Positions 38,152-47,455 of a DNA stretch of 64,000 nucleotides are shown piece after piece. The DNA is from Octopus sinensis (lineage: Eukaryota), in assembly GCF_006345805.1 (NCBI RefSeq), contig NW_021836305.1:1-64000 (forward strand). The letters run 5' to 3'. The translations under genes and the position numbers were made by a program. The notes below the pieces were generated by a model. That model was not told the DNA's origin. It saw only the letters and a list, made by a program, of their open reading frames with translations, and made no database searches. How positions within the stretch are numbered: position 1 is the first letter of the stretch; each line of letters opens with the position of its first letter.

Positions 38152-41100
38152 ATCGAAAGCACGAAACTAATCGGGCGGTGTCGGCCACGTACGCGCGGAC
38201 CTAGCCGCGACCGATGCTGCGAGGTACAGGCGTTCGATACGGCGACGTGGTCCGTCTCGTAAATTCCCGAAAGATGACAAACTGCGGCCGGTGCCGGTAC
38301 CGGCGGGCCTGCGCCCGCGCCTTCGCCCGCGCCTCCGGCGCGCTACCGCGAGGCTGAATTGGGGGCTTCAGCGAAGCTTGCGCTCTCGCCCACGTACACG
38401 TGGACGTAGGCGCGATCGATGCCGTCAGTCGCCGGGAGTGCGTGGCGACATGCACCGGGTAAAAACAGCGACGCGGTCCGACCCGTGAGTTATGGAGGTG
38501 CTCGGACCGTAAGCAAACGGATCGGCCCCGGCTGGATAGTCACGCCTCTAGGTGACCGTCGCACCCCGAGGGGGTCAAGACTATATTGAGGGCTTGCAGT
38601 CGGCAGGTTTCATGCCTCGGGGACCGTTCGGCAGGACGCCAGAGACGTCAGCCTGCGACGCCGCCAGCCCGGCGGGCGGCCGCCGCCTTCGCGCCGCCTC
38701 GCTTTCTCCCGTTCGTCCGCGAGCCGCGGGGCCGTTAGCGGCAGGGCCGCGCCGGTCGCCCGTTCCTCCGCCGCGCTACCGTGCCCGAAACCGAAAGAAC
38801 GAACCCACGCTCGCGGTACGGCCCACGGACGCGTGGACGTAGCCGCCACCGATGTTGGAAGGGCGTTCACGAGATGCACGCCGTCGATACGGCGACGCGG
38901 TCCGTCCCGTAAAAACCCGAAAGATGGCAAACTGCGGCTAGCACGGTCGCCCGTTGCTCCGCCGCGCTACCGTGCCCGAAATCGAAAGAACGAACCCAAG
39001 CTCGCGTCATGGCCCACGTACGCGTGGACGTAGCCGCCAGCGATGCCGGAAGGCGTTCACGAGATGAACGCGCTCGATACGGCGACGCGGTCCGTCCCGT
39101 AAAATCCCGAAAGATGACGAAAACTGCGGCTAGCGCGATGTAGCGGCAGGCCTGCGCAAGGCCTGCGCCGGTCGCCCGCGTCTCCGCCGCCGAACCGTGC
39201 GTGGAATCGAAAGCACGAAACTAAGCGGGCGGTGTCGGCCACGTACGCGTGGACCTAGCCGCGACCGATGTTGCGAGGTACGGGCGTTCGATACGGCGAC
39301 GTGGTCCGTCTCGTAAATTCCCGAAAGATGACAAACTGCGGCCGGAGCCGGTAGCGGCGGGCCTTCGCCCGCGCCTTCGCCCGCGCCTTCGCCCGCGCCT
39401 CCGCCCGCGCCTCCGCCCGCGCCTCCGCCGCGCTACCGCGAGGCCGAAGCGGAGCTTGAGCGAAGCTGGCGCTCTCGCCCACGTACACGTGGAGGTAGGC
39501 GCGATCGATGCCGTCAGTCGCCGGGAGTGCGTGGCGATATGCACCGGGTAAAAACAGCGACGTGGTCCGACCCGTGAGTTCAGGAGGTGCTCGGACCGTA
39601 AGCAAACGGATCGGCCCCGGCTGGATAGTCACGCCTCTAGGTGACCGTCGCACCCCAAGGGGGTCAAGACTATATTGAGGGCTTGCAGTCGGCAGGTTTC
39701 ATGCCTCGGGGACCGTTCGGCAGGACGCCAGAGACGTCAGCCTGCGATGCCGTCAGCCCGGCGGGCGGCCGCCGCCTTCGCGCCGCCTCGCTTTCTCCCG
39801 TTCGTCCGCGAGCCGCGGGGCCGTTAGCGGCAGGCCCGCGCCGGTCGCCCGTTCCTCCGCCGCGCGACCGTGCCCGAAACCGAAAGAACGAACCCACGCT
39901 CGCGGTACGGCCCACGGACGCGTGGACGTAGCCGCCACCGATGTTGGAAGGGCGTTCACGAGATGCACGCCGTCGATACGGCGACGCGGTCCGTCCCGTA
40001 AAAACCCGAAAGATGGCAAACTGCGGCTAGCACGGTCGCCCGTTGCTCCGCCGCCCTAGCGTGCCCGAAATCGAAAGAACGAACTTGAGCGTGCGGTCTC
40101 GCCCACGTACGCGTGGACGTAGCCGCGACCGATGCCGGAAGGCGTTCACGAGATGCACGCCGTCGATACGGCGACGTGCTGCGTCCCGTGAAAACACGAA
40201 AGATGGCAAAACTGCGTCTAGCATGGTCGCCCGTTGCTCCGCCGCCCAGACGTGACCGAAATCGAAAGAACGAACCTAAGCTCGCGGTGCGACCCCCGTA
40301 CGCGTGGACGTAGCCGCCACCGGTGCCGGAAGGCGTTCACGAGATACCGGCGCTCGATAGGAGTACGTGGTCCGTCCCGTAATAATCCCGAAAGATGACG
40401 AACTGCGGCTAGCACGAGGTAGCGGCGGAAGGCGTGCTCCGGTCGCCCGCGTCTCCGCCGCCCTACCGTGCGTGAAATCGAAAGCACGAACTTGAGCGTG
40501 CGGTCTCGCCCGCGTACGCGTGGACGTAGCCGCGACCGATGTCGCGACGTGCGGGCGTTCGATGCGGCGACGCGGTCCGTCCCGTAAATTTCCGAAAGAT
40601 GACAAAGTGCGGCCGGTGCAGGCAACGGCCGATTGCGGCGGGCATGCGCCGCCTTCTACCGCCTTCGCCCGCAGCTCCGCCGCGCTACCGCGACGCTCTA
40701 GTGGGACTTGAGCGAAACTCGCGCTCTCGCCCGCGTACACGTGGACGTAGGCGCGATCGATGCCGTCAGTCGCCGGGAGTGCGTGGCGATATGCACCGGG
40801 TAAAGACAGCGACGTGGTCCGACCCGTGAGTTAAGGAGGTGCTCGGACCGTAAGCAAACGGATCGGCCCCGGCTGGATAGCCACGCCTCTAGGTGACCGT
40901 CGCACCCCAAGGGGGTCAAGACTATATTGAGGGCTTGCAGTCGGCAGGTTTCATGCCTCGGGGACCGTTCGGCAGGACGCCAGAGACGTCAGCCCGCGAC
41001 GCCGTCAGCCCGGCGGGCGGCCGCCGCCTTCGCGCCGCCTCGCTTTCTCCCGTTCGTCCGCGAGCCGCGGGGCCGTTAGCGGCAGGGCCGCGCCGGTCGC

Positions 41101-41870
41101 CCGTTCCTCCGCCGCGCGACCGTGCCCGAAACCGAAAGAACGAACCCACGCTCGCGGTACGGCCCACGGACGCTTGGACGTAGCCGCCACCGATGCCGGA
41201 AGGCGTTCACGAGATGCACGCCGTCGATACGGCGACGCGGTCCGTCCCGTAAAAACACGAAAGATGGCAAACTGCGGCAAGCACGGTCGCCCGTTGCTCC
41301 ACCGCCCTGACGTGCCCGAAATCGAAAGAACGAAGCTAAGCTCGCGGTGCGACCCCCGAACGCGTGGACGTAGCCGCCACCGATGCCGGAAGGCGTTCAC
41401 GAGATGCACGCCGTCGATACGGCGACGTGGTGCGTCCCGTGAAAACACGAAAGATGGCAAACTGCGGCTAGCACGGTCGCCCGTTGCTCCGACGTGCGGG
41501 CGTTCGATGCGGCGACGCGGTCCGTCCCGTAAATTCTCGAAAGATGACAAAGTGAGGCCGGTGCAGGCAACGGCCGATTGCGGCGGGCATTCGCCCGCTT
41601 TCTACCGCCTTCGCCCGCAGCTCCGCCGCGCTACCGCGAGGCTCGATTGGGACTTGAGCGAAACTCGCGCTCTCGCCCGCGTACACGTGGATGTAGGCGC
41701 GATCGATGCCGTCAGTCGCCGGGAGTGCGTGGCGATATGCACCGGGTAAAAACAGCGACGTGGTCCGACCCGTGAACAAGGAGGTGCTCGGACCGTAAGC
41801 AAACGGATCGGCCCCGGCTGGATAGTCACGCCTCTAGGTGACCGTCGCACCCCAAGGGGGTCCAGACTAA
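38151..41870 (+). repeat. rDNA intergenic spacer: ~190-bp subrepeats arranged in ~0.95-1.25-kb units each ending in a promoter-like block
   Basis: GAAA(T/C)CGAAAG anchors at 38787, 38978, 39204, 39876, 40067, 40258, 40474, 41128 and 41318; CCTCTAGGTGACCGTCGCACCCC at 38545, 39634, 40886 and 41831; GC/CpG rich and directly upstream of ETS-18S. Confidence 0.85.
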
Positions 41871-41885
41871 TATGTAGGGTTGTGG
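41700..41885 (+). promoter_or_regulatory. Putative RNA polymerase I gene promoter; candidate start near TATGTAGGG (41871-41879)
   Basis: Last copy of the repeated ~170-bp block; homology to the spacer copies stops at GACTA(A)TAT...AGGG, which resembles TATA(R)GG-type Pol I start sites of plants and insects. Confidence 0.55.
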
Positions 41886-43435
41886 TTGATCGGCATAGGT
41901 TAGCGTCTCGGAAGGATGTCCTCGTAGCTCCTTTTCTGATGACGGTTAGCTCCCCGTTTTCCGGTGCAAGATCGATTCTACACGGCCGGCGCGTCCTCGA
42001 ATTTCCGCCGCCGAACCGCCCGCCTTTCAGACGCTGCGTTCGCCCGCCCGTTGACGCCCGCGTTTGCCCGCCTTTTGAAGCTCGCCTTCGTCCGCCTTCG
42101 CCCGCCTCTGGACGTCCGCTTCTTCACGCCCGCCTACTAGACGCTGCGTTCTACCCGCATCTTTCGACGCACGCCTTCGCCCGCCTTTTAGACGCCGCTG
42201 CGTTCGCCCGACCCTTTCGACGCACGCGTTTGCCTGCCCGCCCGCCTTCCTTCCTTCCTTCCTTCGCTCGCCCGCCGGCAACCGCCGCACAAGCGCTATT
42301 TACGTAGGGTCGCGGCCGAACGGCATAGGTGGACCGCCTGGAAGGGATGTTGTCGGCGCTCCTTTCTGCCAACGGTTGGCTCCCTTATTGCCGGTGCAAG
42401 GTCGACTCTACACGGCTGGCGCGTCCTCGAATGTCTGCCGCCGCCGCCGCCACACCGCCCGCCTTTTAGACGCGCTGCCTCGACGCCCGCGTCTGCCCGC
42501 CTCTTCACGCTCGCAATCGGTTCGTCCTCCCGCAATCGAACCGCTTCTCGTTACCGCGTTTTCTTTTTTTCTTTTCTTTTCTTCCTTCCGACCCCCGGCC
42601 TCGTCTTCGCCGCCGAGGACCCGGTCAGGTTACGCCGCTGACCTCGTGTCGCGTCGCCGCCGGCGCGGCGGACGGGCTAGCCGTCGCTTCCCGTTCCGCC
42701 ACAGGCGACGCGGCGTCTCCGAAAGAGAGCGGTGCCGTGTCCGTCCCTTCTTCCTTGGACGGAACCGTGGCTTCAACTCCGGGTTTCGCTGCCTCGTAGC
42801 GTTTCTGCAGCTTTTTCTTTCCCTTCCCGGCATCACCCCGCCTTGGCGCGCGTCGTTTTCGTGGCGACCACCGTCATGGCACTCGCTCGTTGACCGCAGT
42901 CCGGACGCAGTTCGTCGTAGCCGTTTCGAAAGGATCGGGTGGAGGAAGCGACGACGACGACCACCGACGCGTAGGGCGCCGGGCGAGTCTAAAAGCTGCA
43001 GCGGGCCCGCGCCAATCGCCGCTGCCCCTCTCGTCTGCCGACCTAGTCGCTGGCCTTCTTCGCCTTCTCCTCTTCCCTCTTCTTCCGCCCGGAACCGGCC
43101 CCCGCTTCGTATCGACCCGCACAGGAGCCCGTCCGCAGCGGCCCCGGTGTGCGGCAGTCGGATCGCAAACCGTTTCTTGTATCGCGAACGCTTCTTCGCG
43201 CGTCGACCCGTGTCGTTTCCGCCTCTTCTCCTCCTCCTCCGGGACGACGACGAGGAGGAAGAGCAGCTGGCGCGCGCGTATACGAACGGCGGCCGAACTC
43301 GCGAGCGCCCTCGCGCCTCTCTGTCTTCGGCCATTCCGATTCCTTTCGTTCTCGTTTCCGATCGTCGGCGGCTGCTACCCGAGCTTCCGCCGCCGCCGCC
43401 GCGCGCTTCGTTCTCTCGAAACGTAACGTCGGTGA
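41876..43435 (+). other. 5' external transcribed spacer (putative, ~1.56 kb)
   Basis: GC-rich sequence between the candidate Pol I start and the 18S 5' end. Confidence 0.6.
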
Positions 43436-45442
43436 TACCTGGTTGATCCTGCCAGTAGTCATATGCTTGTCTCAAAGCTTAAGCCATGCAAGTGTAAGTT
43501 CATGCCGTAAACGAATGGTGAAACCGCGAATGGCTCAGGAACCGGACCTAATCCTCGGGACCGTATTCTTCCACCGCGAGGAGAGTGGATAACTGTGGCA
43601 ATTCTAGAGCTAATACATGCAACCGAAGCCGCGATCGCAGGTCGCACCCGGGCGTCGGGCTCGAAAACGGCGTTCGGCAGCCGTCGCGTTTTGCGCGGCG
43701 TCGCCGTCGTTCGCCGCCGGCGTCCGCTCGGCCGGATCTGGGGCGGCGCATCCGCGCCCGTCCCTCCCGGTCGCGACGATACGGTCGGCCTTCCGCATTG
43801 GTCGCGGCGCAAATATTAGACTGAGACCGACGCGTACGGGCCGTCGCAGCAGCCGCCGCGCCTTCCGCGCGCGGGTCTTAGGCGTGCGGCGGCTTCACGC
43901 CCTTCGATTTTGGTGACTCTGGATAACTGTCAGTACGATCGCACGGGCTAGTATCGCACTAGCCTTCGCGCGACGGGTCCCCCGCGAGTCCGCCCTATCA
44001 ACTGTCGACGGCCCGGTCAGTGCCGACCGTGGTGGCAACGGGTAACGGGGAATCAGGGTTCGATTCCGGAGAGGGAGCATGCGAAACGGCTACCACATCC
44101 AAGGAAGGCAGCAGGCGCGCAAATTACCCACTCCCGGCACGGGGAGGTAGTGACGAAAAATAACGACGCGGGACTCTGTCGAGGCCCCGCGATCGGAATG
44201 AGTACACTTCAAATCCGTTAACGAGGATCGACCGGAGGGCAAGTCTGGTGCCAGCAGCCGCGGTAATTCCAGCTCCGGTAGCGTATATTAAAATTGTTGC
44301 GTTTGAAAAGCTCGTAGTCGGAATTCGGGTCTCGAAAACGTACCCCAGCACGTTCGGGGCGACGGCGCCGTCGCAGGCGCGCTTCTGGCGCGTCCGCTTC
44401 GGTCGTCCGTTCGCACTCCCGGCCCTATTCGCCGGTGCGTGCGCGGTCGGGCCGCGGAGCTCTGCTCGCGTCGCCGCCGCGACTCGGCACCCCGTCCAGC
44501 GCTCGTCTTCGCCCGCGTCGCGTCGTCGCGTCGCGTCCGGTTTCACGCCTGCGCCTTCAACGGCGCGGGTCGGTCAGGCGTGCTGCGCGCGGGAGCCACG
44601 AGGCGGGTGCGCTATTGGGCGTCGTCGCCGTTCGCGTTCTAGCGGTAGTAGCGCGTCCACCTCCCGGTCGTTTCGGCCCGCACGGTTCCTCCGAGGGTGC
44701 TCTTCGCCGAGTGTCCGAGGCGGCCGGTACGTTCACTGTGAAAAAATTAGAGTGCTCAGAGCGGCTTAATTTGACTCAACACGGGAAAACTCACCCGGTC
44801 CGGACACCGGTAGGATTGACAGATCGATAGCTCTTTCTCGATTCGGTGGGTGGTGGTGCATGGCCGTTCTTAGTTGGTGGAGCGATCCGTCTGGTTGATT
44901 CCGATAACGAACGAGACTCCGGCCTGCTAACTAGCGCGTCGATTAGTGCTTTTCCGGTAGCGCGGCGGCGCCGAAGCCTTCGTCGGTAGCTCCGCGCGCG
45001 GCCCGGGCTTGCCGTTGCCGCCGCTCTCCTTCGCGTCCGGCGCTGCGGCCGCGTCCGGCTGCCGTCCCCCGTTCGCGGGGGTTCGGTCGCGGCGTGGTTG
45101 CGGCGTTGGTTGCGGAGCGGCGGCGGTGACCCGGTCGGCTCGGCCCGCGCGAGCCCGGCGGCGGCACGCCGTCGCGTCCGGGCCAGTCGGTTGGCGAACG
45201 CAGCGCTTCTTAGAGGGACGGGCGGCAGAAAGCCGCACGAGGCGGAGCGATAACAGGTCTGTGATGCCCTTAGATGTCCGGGGCCGCACGCGCGCTACAC
45301 TGGAGGTATCAGCGGGCGCGTCTCCCCCGGCCCGAGAGGGTCGGAAACCTCTGAACCACCTCCCGTGATAGGGATCGGGGCCTGGAACCAACCCCGTGAA
45401 CGAGGAATTCCGGTAGGCGCGGGTCATCAGCCCGCGTCGATC

Positions 45443-45485
<43 letters not shown>

Positions 45486-45604
45486 CGAACGGTCCGGTGA
45501 GGTCCTCGGATCTGGCCGACGAGTCCGCTTACGCGCGGCGGCGTTACGCGCCGTCGTCGGCGCGTTCTCTGATGGCCCGGAGAAGACGACCGAACCCGAT
45601 CGCT

Positions 45605-45662
<58 letters not shown>
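43436..45662 (+). rRNA. 18S rRNA gene with long expansions and a ~400-nt internal deletion (likely non-functional)
   Basis: Begins TACCTGGTTGATCCTGCCAG and ends GAACCTGCGGAAGGATCATTA; conserved GTGCCAGCAGCCGCGGTAA and TTGTACACACCGCCC are present; AGAGTGCTCAGA is joined directly to GCGGCTTAATTTGACTCAAC at 44760/44761. Confidence 0.95.
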
Positions 45663-46837
45663 GCGCCGTGTTCTCGAATTAGAGAAGAAGAAGAAGGAAA
45701 TAAACATTCGCGATCCGCCCGATAAGTCGCGGCCGGGCCCCCTCGCCCGAGTACCACCGAATGCTCTTGATTCGGCCCTCTAACAGCGCAGCAGTAGCGG
45801 TCGCGCGGCAGCCCGCCGTCACACGCCGCGACTCTCTGCTGCCGACCGCGCAACCACCCTGCCGGCGTCGGCCCGCCCTCATGGCGCTCGGACGACGGGG
45901 CTTGCACGCTTTGCGAGCTCCATGACCGTTTCTCTCTTCCTTCCTGCCTCGCCGACCGCGCGATTCGGCCTAGGCCGTGGGCGCCGCCCGGCGCCTTCCG
46001 ATGACCACCGTAACGCGCGGCCGTCTTTTTTATTTCCTCGCCTCCTAGCGCGCAGTCTCTTTTCGGAGACTTGCCGAGCCAAAAGTCGCGGCCGGGCCCC
46101 CTCGCCCGAGTACCACCGAATGCTCTTGATTCGGCCCTCTAACAGCGCAGCAGTAGCAGTCGCGGCAGCCCGCCGTCGCACGCCGCGACTCTCTGCTGCC
46201 GACCGCGCAACCACCCTGCCGGCGTCGGCCCGCCCTCATGGCGCTCGGACGACGGGGCTTGCACGCTTTGCGAGCTCCATGACCATTTCTCTCTTCCTTC
46301 CTACCTCGCCGACCGCGCGATTCGGCCTAGGCCGTGGGCGCCGCCCGGCGCCTTCCGATGACCACCGTAACGCGCGGCCGTCTTTTTTTTTTTCCTCGCC
46401 TCCTAGCGCGCAGTCTCTTTTCGGAGACTTGCCGAGCCAAAAGTCGCGGCCGGGCCCCCTCGCCCGAGTACCACCGAATGCTCTTGATTCGGCCCTCTAA
46501 CAGCGCAGCAGTAGCCGTCGCCGCAGCCCGCCGTCACACGCCGCGACTCTCTGCTGCCGACCGCGCAGCCACCCTGCCGGCGTCGGCCCGCCCTCATGGC
46601 GCTCGGACGACGGGGCTTGCACGCTTTGCGAGCTCCATGACCATTTCTCTCTTCCTTCCTGCCTCGCCGTCGGCGTCGGCAGTGGCGCGCTTCGTTCCGC
46701 TGTCGACGCCTTCGAATCTCATTTTATTTTTTTTCCGTCGCGCGGCGCCGGCCTCCTGTCGGGGGCCGCTGCCGCTTTCCTTTTTTTTTTTTTTCCTTTC
46801 CGTACGTCTAGCGCGTAGTAGTAGCAAATATTACCGA
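45663..46837 (+). other. ITS1 containing ~2.6 tandem copies of a 359-bp unit
   Basis: Units start AAGTCGCGGCCGGG at 45724, 46083 and 46441. Confidence 0.85.
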
Positions 46838-47000
46838 AACCCTGGACGGGGGATCACTCGGCTCGTCCGTCGATGAAGAGCGCGGCTATCCGCGTGAACT
46901 GATGCGAATTGCAGGACTCAGTGAACATCGACACCTCGAACGCACATTGCGGCCCCGGGATCCTATCGTCCCGGGGCCCCGTCCGGTCGAGAGGCGGTCA
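46838..47000 (+). rRNA. 5.8S rRNA
   Basis: GGATCACTCGGCTCG, GATGAAGAGCGC, GAATTGCAGGAC and CGAACGCACATTGCGGCCCCGGG conserved blocks. Confidence 0.93.
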
Positions 47001-47455
47001 AGACACGAAAACGCAGTCCGCCGCGGCCGTTGGCTGCGGCGGGGAGTCGGGAGTCGCAGGAAAGGGCGGCGCTCGCCGCGAGGCCCGCAAGTTATCTCGC
47101 GCGCGAGCCGCCGCCGCTCGATCGTCCGTCTCCCGTAATGCCAGACCGTCATCGTTGCGAAGCGCTGTTGCGGAGGAGGGAGCCCGCCGAAGTGCGGAAG
47201 CAGTGGAGTAAGGGATCAGTAGCAGGAACGACACGGCGAGGCCCCTCGTCGCGTCCGCGTCTTCCTCTGCGTTCCTCTCCGAGCGACCGCCGCCCTCCGT
47301 CGCTGCCGCCGCAGCCGCCGCCGTCTCGTCTTTCGGCGTTCGCTCTGTGGGAATATCTCTTTCGTGCGAGCGTTCGTGCCGATCTACAGCGGTGGTGTGC
47401 GCGCCGTAGTAGCAAGCAGCAGCCGTCTCATTTGCAGCGTCTCCTTTTTTTCACG
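47001..47455 (+). other. ITS2
   Basis: GC-rich spacer between 5.8S and the 28S 5' conserved block. Confidence 0.8.

Noticed and set aside
38151-41870. IGS repeats as a CRISPR array
   Set aside because: Units are 190 bp to 1.2 kb tandem repeats without unique spacers; no cas genes; eukaryotic context.
43620-45590. Group I introns in 18S
   Set aside because: The inserts map to variable regions V2, V4, V7 and V9, and no P/Q/R/S core elements were seen.
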